Source: Macrostomum hystrix
Taxonomy: Eukaryota > Animalia > Platyhelminthes
DNA length: 64,000 nt
Assembly (NCBI GenBank): GCA_950097015.1
Contig: CATNEN010000003.1
Span: 5,022,001-5,086,000, forward strand
Reading direction: 5' to 3'
In this document: piece after piece, positions 38,401 to 49,627 of the stretch
Position numbering within the stretch: position 1 is the stretch's first letter
How the letters are laid out: each line of letters starts with the position of its first letter
Program-made: the position numbers and the translations under genes
Notes under the pieces: model-generated
What the model saw: the letters and a program-made list of their open reading frames with translations, nothing else
Database searches by the model: none
Told to the model about the DNA's origin: nothing

Positions 38401-40440
38401 AATTCTCCCCTGTCTCAATTCTCCCCTGTCTCAGTTCTCTACTGTCTCAATTCTCCCCTGTCTCAGTTCTCCACTGTCTCAGTTCTCCCCTGTCTCAGTT
38501 CTCCCCTGTCTCAGTTCTCCCCTGTCTCAGTTCTCCCCTGTCTCAATTCTCCCCTGTCTCAGTTCTCCCCTGTCTCAGTTCTCCCCTGTCTCAGTTCTCC
38601 CCTGTCTCAGTTCTCCCCTGTCTCAATTCTGCCCTGTCTCAGTTCTTCACTGTCTCAATTCTCCCCTGTCTCAATTCTCCCCTGTCTTAATTCTCCCCTG
38701 TCTCAATTCTCCCCTGTCTCAATTCTCCCCTGTCTCAATTCTCCCCTGTCTCAATTCTCCCCTGTCTCAATTCTCCCCTGTCTCAGTTCTCCACTGTCTC
38801 AATTCTCCCCTGTCTCAATTCTCCCCTGTCTCAATTCTCCCCTGTCTCAATTCTCCCCTGTCTCAGTTCTCCACTGTCTCAATTCTCCACTGTCTCAATT
38901 CTCCACTGTCTCAATTCTCCCCTGTCTCAGTTCTCCACTGTCTCAGTTCTCCCCTGTCTCAGTTCTCCTCTGTCTCAGTTCTCCACTGTCTCAGTTCTCC
39001 ACTGTCTCAGTTCTCCACTGTCTCAGTTCTCCACTGTCTCAATTCTCCCCTGTCTCAGTTCTCCACTGTCTCAATTCTCCACTGTCTCAGTTCTCCACTG
39101 TCTCAGTTCTCCCCTGTCTCAGTTCTCCCCTGTCTCAGTTCTCCCCTGTCTCAGTTCTTCACTGTCTCAATTCCCCCCTGTCTCAGTTCTTCACTGTCTC
39201 AATTCTCCCCTGTCTCAGTTCTCCCCTGTCTCAATTCTCCCCTGTCTCAATTCTCCCCTGTCTCAGTTCTTCACTGTCTCAATTCTCCCCTGTCTCAGTT
39301 CTCCCCTGTCTCAATTCTCCCCTGTCTCAATTCTCCCCTGTCTCAATTCTCCCCTGTCTCAATTTTCCCGTCTCAATTCTCCCCTGTCTCAATTCTCCCC
39401 TGTCTCAATTCTCCCCTGTCTCAGTTCTCCACTGTCTCAATTCTCCCCTGTCTCAATTCTCCCCTGTCTCAATTCTCCCCTGTCTCAATTCTCCCCTGTC
39501 TCAGTTCTCCACTGTCTCAATTCTCCACTGTCTCAATTCTCCACTGTCTCAATTCTCCCCTGTCTCAGTTCTCCACTGTCTCAGTTCTCCACTGTCTCAA
39601 TTCTCCACTGTCTCAATTCTCCACTGTCTCAATTCTCCCCTGTCTCAGTTCTCCACTGTCTCAGTTCTCCCCTGTCTCAGTTCTCCTCTGTCTCAGTTCT
39701 CCACTGTCTCAGTTCTCCACTGTCTCAGTTCTCCACTGTCTCAGTTCTCCACTGTCTCAATTCTCCCCTGTCTCAGTTCTCCACTGTCTCAATTCTCCAC
39801 TGTCTCAGTTCTCCACTGTCTCAGTTCTCCCCTGTCTCAGTTCTCCCCTGTCTCAGTTCTCCCCTGTCTCAGTTCTTCACTGTCTCAATTCCCCCCTGTC
39901 TCAGTTCTTCACTGTCTCAATTCTCCCCTGTCTCAGTTCTCCCCTGTCTCAATTCTCCCCTGTCTCAATTCTCCCCTGTCTCAATTCTCCCCTGTCTCAA
40001 TTTTCCCGTCTCAATTCTCCCCTGTCTCAATTCTCCCTTGTCTCAATTCTCCCCTGTCTCAATTCTCCCTGTCTCAATTCTCCCCTGTCTCAATTCTCCC
40101 CTGTCTCAGTTCTCCCCTGTCTCAATTCTCCCCTGTCTCAGTTCCCCTGTCTCAATTCTCCCCTGTCTCAATTCTCCCCTGTCTTAATTCTCCCTGTCTC
40201 AATTCTCCACTGTCTCAATTCTCCCCTGTTTCAGTTCTCCCCTGTCTCAATTCTCCCCTGTCTCAGTTCTCCAATGTCTCATCTCTCCCCTGTCTCATCT
40301 CTGTCGTGTCTCATCTCTCCCCTGTCTCATCTCTGTCGTGTCTCATCTCTCCCCTGTCTCATCTCTGTCGTGTCTCATCTCTCCCTATCAGACACAAAAG
40401 TACCACAAGACTAAGATAGCGTTAGCAACTGACTTACCAT
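32470..40440 (-). CDS. Paralogue C: type I membrane protein, CUB-like + CTLD-like + TM + cytoplasmic tail (~607 aa)
   Basis: Exons 40440-40438 (ATG|GTAAGT), 37604-37552, 35704-35363, 35074-34833, 34144-33979, 33487-32470; 1824 nt. TM VAVIVRVVIPLVVALGIVILIIVLL followed by KRR. Confidence 0.8.
33497..33882 (+). mobile_element. SINE family 1, full length
   Basis: GGGGGTCGGTGGCAGAGCGGTTAACGCG (A-box), GCTCGATTCC (B-box), (TTA)n tail at ~33868-33882. Confidence 0.8.
34390..34740. repeat. ~22-24-bp GC-rich minisatellite (AGCAAAGGTGGCGCCCCTCCCC)
   Basis: About 14 units in intron 4 of paralogue C. Confidence 0.9.
35762..37440. repeat. 16/17-bp satellite (GTAGAATTGAGACGGG), ~100 copies
   Basis: Direct observation; internal ~293-bp higher-order duplication (35.8-36.3 kb). 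Confidence 0.96.
37796..40390. repeat. 16-bp satellite (TCTCARTTCTCCCCTG), ~160 copies
   Basis: Direct observation; grades into MITE-like TCTCATCTCTCCC units at 40275-40390. Confidence 0.96.
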
Positions 40441-40989
40441 ATCGAAATCGAAGCCTTTAGTAAAAAATAGACAAATTGCTATAAGGTTTCTGCTTCTGCT
40501 GTTTAGAACAATGGCATAAGACAGCTAGCTCATTTGCGCAGCGATTTAGCAAGCGGAAATTTATATTTCATGGTTTTTTCTAAGACTTCTCGCAAAAGCT
40601 AGCGTACTGGTAGGAGAGACTTGATGAAACTTATGTACAGTCTTTCAAGCCGAGAGAGAGAGAGAAAGAGAAACATAGAGACAGGGAGAGCCAGGCAGAC
40701 AGAAAGTAGACCAGGAATCAGCTCTATATGTACATCAGAAAGAAGGGTTGAGGCATTTAATAATGGAGTTTTGTTACATTGGCTGTTTGACTCATTGGCT
40801 GCTTTATGCTCATTGAAATGAGCATTAATGTACACTCGAATTTGTGCGCAGTAGCTCTAGCAAAAACAGCTGTCTGTGAGTATGGATGAATGTGAGTGCG
40901 CATGTCCTATTAGTATAATGTGTTTTTCATAGATGTTCACTGCCATTTAGCACCGACTTGAAGCGTCCCTGTTTTGTTCAGATCGGTTC

Positions 40990-41220
40990 AGATCGGTTTA
41001 CCGCGTTTGCCTCTCGCACCAAGGTCCCTGAGCTCGATTCCACTGCGAGGCCGCATTCATTTGTGGCGCAGCCGCGGAGAGAAGGCTTGGGGACTTTTCG
41101 TTCAATTCGCGCCCTTATGGGCCAGCCTCCAAGCCACAGGGAGAGTGTACACTGCCTGACGATGAGAAAGTCAGGCCAGATGTACACACCCTGTGTGCGT
41201 GTGTGCTCGGGAATCAGCGG
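40990..41220 (+). mobile_element. SINE family 1, partial
   Basis: CGCGTTTGCCTCTCGCACCAAGGTCCCTGAGCTCGATTCC...GAGAGTGTACACTGCCTGACGATGAGAAAGTCAG. Confidence 0.72.
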
Positions 41221-42061
41221 ACCCGACTGTTCACTTGTTTGTTCGGCTGATTTGAAGACCATACGTCGTCGAGTCAGCATTGTCGAGCGCACTACGTATT
41301 GTACGAAATAAAATATAATTTACAGTACACCACAATAAATTAGCTGTAATAGTAAGACTTCTTGACATAAACAGCCTTCTTGACGTAAATTGATTATACC
41401 TAAATATAGAGTAGAGGCTCAATAATATCCACTGCGAATAAATAAAGTACCTCGAATCACGGCAATACGGCTAAAGTCGGCTCGCCAGAGAGAATCACCA
41501 TATATATTTCAGTCGCAATTGAATACTTATAGCTTAATAAGTATACAAGAAACAGAAGCGATTCGTGCAATTTCATCCGGTTTTATATGCAGACAATTGG
41601 CCGGTTGAAAAGTGAATTTGTTCCGGAGGCAATTCGCTAGTTTATAAATCCGTTTTTGATCCGCGTGAGAAAACTGGATCGGAAATTGTTCCGGGTTTTG
41701 TGCCAGGAGCCTTGGCTGGATAGAATGGAAGGATTGCCTAGTGGATATTGTCACCACTCACGATTTTAAGGTCGGGGTGTCGGGTGTGCAAACCTCCAAA
41801 AATAAATTGTACTTTATGTACTTTTATTTAGTTGTGCACTCATTCCGACAGCAAAACAGTTCTTCTTTTTAGAGTTTATAAAAGTCATATTTTCCATCTG
41901 GCCCCTCTTTACCGCGTCTCGCTCAAAAATATACGTTCACTTTGATTCGATCGATAGTTCAATTTAGCTCAACTAATTAAATAATCTGCTTAGTTTACTT
42001 CATTGTCAACAAGCGACAGAAGTAGAGCGGAAGGAGATGCAGATTAGGGAGACAAGTAGAG

Positions 42062-42817
42062 TGGGCAGTTGACAGCGTGGTGGTGAGGCAGTTGACAGCG
42101 TGGTGGTGAGGCAGTTGACAGCGTGGTGGTGAGGCAGTTGACAGCGTGGTGGTGAGGCAGTTGACAGCGTGGTGGTGAGGCAGTTGACAGCGTGGTGGTG
42201 AGGCAGTTGACAGCGTGGTGGTGAGGCAGTTGACAGCGTGATGGTGAGGCAGTTGACAGCGTAATGGTGAGGCAGTTGACAGCGTGGTGGTGAGGCAGTT
42301 GACAGCGTGGTGGTGAGGCAGTTGACAGCGTGGTGGTGAGGCAGTTGACAGCGTGGTGGTGAGGCAGTTGACAGCGTGGTGGTGAGGCAGTTGACAGCGT
42401 GGTGGTGAGGCAGTTGACAGCGTGGTGGTGAGGCAGTTGACAGCGTGGTGGTGAGGCAGTTGACAGCGTGATGGTGAGGCAGTTGACAGCGTAATGGTGA
42501 GGCAGTTGACAGCGTGGTGGTGAGGCAGTTGACAGCGTGGTGGTGAGGCAGTTGACAGCGTGGTGGTGAGGCAGTTGACAGCGTGGTGGTGAGGCAGTTG
42601 ACAGCGTGGTGGTGAGGCAGTTGACAGCGTGGTGGTAGTGAGGCAGTTGACAGCGTGGTGGTGAGGCAGTTGACAGCCTGGTGGTGAGGCAGTTGACAGC
42701 GTGGTGGTGAAGCAGTTGACAGCGTGGTGGTGAGGCAGTTGACAGCGTGGTGGTGAGGCAGTTGACAGCGTGATGGTGAGGCAGTTGACAGTGTGGTGGT
42801 GAGGCAGTTGACAGCGT
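42062..42817. repeat. 23-bp minisatellite (GGCAGTTGACAGCGTGGTGGTGA)
   Basis: About 33 copies, intergenic. Confidence 0.95.
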
Positions 42818-43563
42818 ATGTACGCTCGTAGAATATTTTTGGAATATAATACAACTAGTAGCAACCGATTTAACCAGAAAATCATATCTTACGAGCTAAA
42901 ACAAACCTAGCAAGAATTTGAATACAGTTTCATTTTTGTGATATCAGGAAGCAATATATTATTAAAAACAATTTTGGCGGATTCGAATGTCCTTTGAGAG
43001 GCCTATTACAATATAGACAACATTTTTAAGTCTCAAAGCAAAATTGCTGCAATGAGCTACTGCAGCAAAGAAAACGTAGGTAATCCCAGTTGTTACATGC
43101 ACTATAACACGATTTTGAGGTAATAAAGCATGTTTTGAACGACAAAGTTCTGCAACAAATTAGCTTTTGGCTAATTATAAGCGACGCGCGGAGCGTTTGA
43201 TAGATTGAATTGGTAAGTATTGGTAGGTAGGTTTTGGTAGATTAAATTCTTTTTGTCTATGGACAAAATAGATCGTGGCAGGCAATCGTGGTTAAAATAT
43301 ACTTCTGCAAGCATTTGTGGCCAAGAAATACACAACCATAATTTTTTTGGCTAAGTTTATCTCGGGTTAAGAAAGCACTAATCAAAGATACCATGCGACA
43401 GTTCACAAGAGCAAGTCAAGCGAAAATACAAAAACTCTGGTTGGAATAAACTAATTTAAAAGAAGCAGATTTATCTAACAGTTTATTATACCGGAAAGAC
43501 TTCAGTATTTCTGTCTGAATAAATAAAAAACATAATAGTCGATAGTAAAAATCCAGACTACAA

Positions 43564-46500
43564 CTAAAATTCGTTCATCCTTAGGATTGAATCCAGACTT
43601 GCTGAGCGATCAAGCGATGAATTAGTCTCTGCCTTGACTCCAAGTGCTCCTGCTTCAACAAATTGTAAGTTGGCAAACAGAGTTGAATCAAGACTTGCCG
43701 ATTCACAGAAAGGCGAGTTGGCACCCAAAATGGATCCCAGACTCCACACTGACTCACGCTGCGAGTCAGTTGTTCTCGAATCATATTGCCCTAACAAAGG
43801 TTGCACTTGACGATAAGTTTCAGGAGAATCCGTTCGCATTTCAGTCTGACAAGCTGAGACACCAGTGATAATGGTTCTTTTTATTTCAACGATGAAAACA
43901 ATTAAAAGCGCTACCAATAGTAGAATTATAGCCGAACCAAGAACTGCTGCCAAAATAATGGCATATTCCAGGCTGCTTGCGGAAGGAACTTGCCGTTGAG
44001 AGTCATTGAGTGACGAATTCCGAAACGCAAACTCTGTTAGTTTCTGCAGCATGTCTCTAACACGATTATTGTTGCACTGCTGGGAATAGCTCAATATTCT
44101 TGCATTATTTTCAAATCTGATAAGTGATTTCATTTTTATGCCACATTCACCGAACTCGACAACAGCTGTGTCAGAGATGAGTGCAGTGAGATGAGCACAA
44201 GCGCCAGCCGATGCACCAGAAGCCCTGGAAAGTGTGCGTCCATCAAATCAAAGCAAAGAAAGAAAGAAAAATATAGAGAATATTATTTTTTTGACGGGAC
44301 TAATGAATTCTTACGGAAATTCCTCCGGTCTCTGAACATTCTGCAGCCCGCACGCACCGCTATCATTTCTGATCAAGGACAGGACGGCGGCATCAGCGTT
44401 GCTGTGGAACAGACCTAGGCGCAAGGGCTGGCTCAAAGCTAGCGGCCGTCTGTAGGGGAACACGGACTTTCTGGCCACGTCTGCAATCAGTGAAAACTTT
44501 CTGTGAAACTTTTCGCTGTTATGCAACTTGTCATAATATCATAGTCCTTAACTTGTCCTGACACTTTTGCCTCACATGTTGTTTAATTACTTAAAGAAAT
44601 AGGTAGTCTCCACTTAAAAATTGAAAGAATTCCACTAAGAATCTAATGTTCGTCAACAGTACAAAGAGTACGTTATTCTTAACCTATGGGGAGAGACCAT
44701 GCACGGGGGTGTTTCAAATGACCCTTGACCGATGACCGATGACCGATTTACGGGAAAGTCCACCATATGAATCAAAATTTTCTGTGCTTTACGACGAACT
44801 AACTTTTAAAGTATTCCGACGTCAGCATCGTCCTGATAATCAGCGATTCTTGTCAAAGACCAGTGTGACAAGGAACTAACATTGCTCTGTATTACCTCTA
44901 TGGCGAATCCATATTGGTTCAATAGTTTAATAATCATATAGACAGTGTATAGACAATCCGATATAGTCAACTACAAGTGTATTATAGCCGACATAGTTGC
45001 AAGAAGACAGTGGCGGCGCAGGACCTCCAGCTGGGGGGGGCAGTGGTTGGGTGGTCACCCCCCCGGCCACCAAAAAAAAGGTCTTAGGTGACCACCCTCA
45101 TGCCCCATGGGGTGACCACACTTTTGAAAAAATATGGTAACGTACCAATTTTTTTTAAGTGGGTGGTCACCCCCTGAGGGTGGTCACCCGGGGGCAGCCC
45201 GCCCCCCCCGCCCCCCCTTCGCCGCCACTGCAAGAAGAAAATATTCCTTTATTAGTAGTTTTAGCTAAAAGACAACCCGACTAGAATTGTTGAATATCTC
45301 GACGATGCCGATGCTTAGTGATTCTGGATGTTGTTTCATCGGATAGAGCGGAAAATTAGGCCGTGTTCTGGATTTTCACGGCAATTGGTTGAACGTTTTG
45401 GAGATACAGAAAAAAAAGAAAAAAATGTGGGTAGTTATTTACCCCATGGTATCTCTATTGTTAAATAAATGTATAATCTTTCCCACTTATTTCGGCTGCC
45501 AGGGTGTAAAGGCTCGAGGCGCAAATTTATTGACCGAGGCGAAGCCGAGGTCAATGAAATTCGCGCCGAGTGCCTTTGCACCCTAGACAGCCGAAATAAG
45601 TGGGAGAGATGGTATGTATCCCCCACTTGGCTGCCGACTTTCATTGCACTTTAAGTCTTCTGTTTCTTGCTACGCTCTGTCTGTAGTCTATGGTGAAAAT
45701 CAAAATCCGAGAGGAGGGTAGACGCTAAAAAAGACAGCCTTTATGCGAAAAAGACAGAACAGGACAGAATAGCAGACGCTTGTATATGTCTAGCCCTCGA
45801 TTTGAAAGCTTGAATGAGGCCGAGGCGGAGGCCATGATTGGCGGCACGGTCCCTCCGAACACCGTAAAGAAATGCGAGTGGATGCTGTCTACTTTCAATG
45901 AATGGCACGCGTTTAAGAAGCAAGAATGGGCGACGAATGGTGGACCATCCATCATGGTTATCAAGGACATGGATGAGTTTGACAAGACGGACCTGAACTT
46001 TCTCCTGAAGTTGTTTATCCTGGAGGTCCGGACAAAACGGAACGAACGGTACTCGGCTGGTACCCTGAAGGACTTCTTCTCAATGCTACAATACCAAATG
46101 CGCAACGTGCATCGCAAGGACTGGTGCCTCTGGACGAATGTCGAGTTTGCCGAGTGCAGAAGAGCGTTGGACGCTGCTATGAAGCTATCAACTGCTGAGG
46201 GCAAGGGCGTCGGGCTCAAGAAGTCTGACCCGGTGTCAAAGCCCATCGAAGATGACTGCTGGACGGAGGGTGTGTTTGGTTCCGAGCGTTCTCGTTTTGC
46301 ACTTTCTTTGTTTATTTCCCCAGACGGGTGTGACTTATGTCTGTGGTAAAAGTTCTGTTTCGCGCGGGGGCGCGGGAAATAAATGATTTATTGCCCTAGG
46401 GCAAATAAACGAAACGCGTTACGACATAGACAATGTTGGCGGGCAAGTGGGGGATACATGCACACATTATCGGACATCCTTGTCAGGGTCAAGGACAACT

Positions 46501-49500
46501 TAATAACTCAGGACCGGAAACGAGCCAATTCATGGCGAAAAAAGTATGAGGCTCGTTTAAAAGCATTGTTCTATGGCCCATCCGTATGCGCATGCTTTCA
46601 GTTGCGAATGTATACTCGTATCATATTTGACTTTTTAATAGGCAGTCAGAAGGCGGGTGCAGGGTCGGTTTTCTTAAATGTTGAATAGTTTTATTACATA
46701 AAAAACGTCGGGAAAATACACAATGGGAAAGCTGCACATGCAGCACATGTATAAGGAAACTCGAGAAAAATTTACGATTCTTTCTTCATCTGAACTGCAA
46801 ACAGAGAGGAAAATAACAGTCACATAACGGGACAAGAGCTGACTATGATTAATAGTAAAGTGTTTGCTCCAGGTTCGCTCACTGTCCACTCAGCTTCAGT
46901 ATTTTTCTATCGTGCGCTTTATCAGGCGAAGGAGCGCTCTTTGTTCCTCGTTGAACATAACCCTTGAAGAAACAGTTGGTGAGGCGCACGCAGCATCCCA
47001 GAACATCTGCTTCAGGGAAGTAAAACTCGCCAACGGCAGCAAACAATTTCCGCACTCGCAAAGCACATGACGGTGATCGCAGCGAAATGAAGCATCCGAA
47101 ACAGAGGCAAGCAAAATTGAACAGCCACTTTGGCGGGTGCTTCAACTTTCCCCGGGAAATCATTTCAGTGAATTCACAGAGTGAGGTGTTTAAATTATCG
47201 GCAGGATCTTCACCGGCAATTTTCTCCTTAAACGTTATGTAGCCTGAAATGTTATTATTATGCCTCAGTTTTCACCTCAGCAATCGTTATTTCCATCCAA
47301 GTTTAAGTAACACAAATGCATGCCTGACCTGCAATATAATAAACAGATGCCTTTTCGGCCATTGATAGGCTCTCTGCTTTGACATAGCAGTCATCGAGCG
47401 TCGAAAGTTCTTCGTCTGAAAGGGGCGTGTCGCAGCTCGCGTCTCGAAATTCTACTAGTTCATCTTGGAAAAGGCATCGTTCGGACAACAGCACGCCTCT
47501 TCCCTCAGCCTGTCGACTGGCACGCACTGCAATATCCAAGCGCGCATCTTAGTGGTTCGTTTCGACCCTATTTGATGCAGTACAAATACGCTCGAATATT
47601 TGAATTAAAGCAGTAGAACTTCACAAACCTTGTGTTTGAACGAGGCAAGACTGCGGGACTCCGTCGAAAACTGATGGTGGATGTAGCGGCCTTTCATTTC
47701 TTCCCTTTTTTATCATTGGGGCATCTTGAGGCCAGTGCTTAGCACACACGCCCATGTAGTCTGTCACGGTCTAAACAACAACAAAATTGTTAATGAATTC
47801 ATGTGGCCAGGCTAAATCTGATTAGCAAAGCACATTTGAAGAAAGTCTTACCGTCAGTTGATTAGGCAGAGACAGTCGCCAAGCCTCTCGTTCAGTTGCA
47901 TGTTTAGGAAACGAAAATACTGTAACATTCCGATCACGGTTACTATTGTAGTTTGAACAACAGAAAATAACGCTGCATTTTCTCGGCATGATATTTAGTT
48001 TCAGCTAGCAAGAATAAAAGTTCTCTCTCTCAATTGCAAGTGCATGCGAAGAACTCAATTTTCAGCTCAGATTTCTTCGCTTTCGTAGCTTTGGATGGGC
48101 CATAGAACAATGCTTTTAAACGAGCCTCATACTTTTTTCGCCATGAATTGGCTCGTTTCCGGTCCTGAGTTATTAAGTTGTCCTTGGTCAGGGTATGACT
48201 GTTGTACATGTTTTCAATTAGCAGATTCTATAGACGTCCCTTAAAGAGTGAAGAGTCTACCCATCTTTTCAAGCAATGGGGCAACGCGTGAGGCAATTTT
48301 TTTAAATAAACAAAAAGCAGTCAATGATCTAATGAGTTTTTAATTTATCTGATTATTTTAATGAAAGCAATCCATCTCTCATTATGCACAAGCGAACTCA
48401 CTGGCCTGCACGAGACCGTTTATCTCCAACTTGCTGGTGAAGCTGGCCAGTTGAGCATAGCCTCCTAACCTGTCCATGGCTGCAGTGAGGTTCTCAGATG
48501 TCTCGCTGACTGCGTAGCAACTATTGTTAAAGCTGAGCATGCTGGTGTCACAGATTCCAGGTAGCACCAGCATTACTCTGAGCTTCACCCGGCTAGCGGT
48601 CTGTTCGCTGGGGTCAAAGCTGGCTTCAGCAACCAGCGGAAGACTGCAAGAACGATAAGGACAGCTTAGTGCGAGGACAATAATGCACTTTAACAATTGA
48701 ACTGGAGATTTGATACCTACACTTCAGTGATGGGGTAGACGTGGAACATTCCCAGGATGAGTGGCACCTTGGTGCGTCCGAGCTTGATGAAGAAGTCCGC
48801 AGACCTCATCTCGGGCTGAACTATCGCGTCGCTTGGAGACGAATCAAGCGGCACAACTTGGACAACTAGCAGTTGGTTTCTGTCGAAAATGCTGCTCTCA
48901 ATGCTCCACTTGCAGTTGGTATAGGTCCCAGACGGCTCTCCAGGATTCACAATCATGACGACCTGTTCCCGGTTTATGTTCAAATCTAATTCAATCAGGT
49001 TAGTCTTTCCATCCTGGCAGTAGTGGTTGTCTGAGTAGAATGTCCGACTGAAATTGGCGCACAAGATGGTCGACAGTCGATTGCAGAAACGTACGTATTA
49101 GAATCGGTAAAAAATCTAAGAAATTGTTTATAGGGCTACTTACAAGAAAGCGGAGAGTAGGATCGCAAGGACTACAGTCGTCTGACAGGGCGCTGGAGTC
49201 TGAAAGGATTTGTATTTTTTTCTGAAACTGTTTAGTTTCCAGCATAAAGCATAGCAAGACTAGTGCGTCTGCTTTCAAAAAATGAACCAGCTGGTACAGT
49301 GAACGCACAATTCGAGGCTTGAAGCAAAGTAGAAGAGCTGAGCTTATATTCGTGCGAAACTTTTCCTTTTGAGTTTCTGAGTAGATGAAAAAGTTTTGAT
49401 TACACCTACGCCCAACAGGGCCAGATGCATGGCGATGAGCTGCATCCAAAGGCTTTTTGTTCCGCTGTTTAGTCCATGGATTTACAGAATGACGTTTTCC

Positions 49501-49627
49501 CAGAGTGACATTTCCCTGGAGTGACATTCGAGCCTGATCGTAATCTAAATCTCTAACCAATGGGCTAAAATCGGACAGGACAGTGTGGTCAGTTCTGTAA
49601 CGCTGAAACAATTAAAGGACTTACCAT
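43564..49627 (-). CDS. Paralogue D: type I membrane protein, CUB-like + CTLD-like + TM + short tail (~484 aa)
   Basis: Exons 49627-49625 (ATG|GTAAGT), 49199-49144, 49047-48721, 48643-48402, 44480-44315, 44224-43564; 1455 nt. Signal MTPAPCQTTVVLAILLSAFF; TM YAIILAAVLGSAIILLLVALLIVFIV. Confidence 0.8.
45008..45230. mobile_element. 223-bp hAT MITE (second family)
   Basis: TIRs CAGTGGCGGCG/CGCCGCCACTG; 8-bp TSD CAAGAAGA at 45000-45007 and 45231-45238; GGTCACCC subterminal motifs. Confidence 0.9.
45431..46411 (+). mobile_element. Truncated Crypton-like (tyrosine recombinase/DUF3504 family) element
   Basis: ORF 45780-46349 has NTVKKCEW..FNEW, LNFLLKLFILEVRTKRNERYSAGTL, RRALDAAMK..EGKG..KKSDPVS..EDDCWTEGVFG, as in the N-terminal half of Crypton/ZMYM/KCTD1-type proteins. 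The catalytic half is absent. Inverted ends GTTATTTACCC/GGGCAAATAAAC; boundaries approximate. Confidence 0.72.
46490..48186 (-). mobile_element. Internally deleted P-element-superfamily DNA transposon (THAP transposase remnant)
   Basis: 94-bp TIRs starting CAAGGACAAC; 8-bp TSD GTCAGGGT at 46482-46489 and 48187-48194. Spliced THAP domain from ATG 47989: MPRKCSVIFC..FSFPK..AWRL|..VCAKHW..PPSVF. C-terminal YIAG|YI and SRGKLKHP motifs present; no DDE core. Confidence 0.88.

Noticed and set aside
37760-40414. 884-aa ORF
   Set aside because: 16-bp satellite in an intron of a - strand gene.
185-42817. Tandem arrays as CRISPR arrays
   Set aside because: No unique spacers, no cas genes, eukaryotic context.
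41995-42885. His/Cys-rich ORFs
   Set aside because: 23-bp minisatellite, period not divisible by 3.
49000-49611. 203-aa ORF
   Set aside because: Spans introns of paralogue D out of frame with its exons; no recognisable motif.
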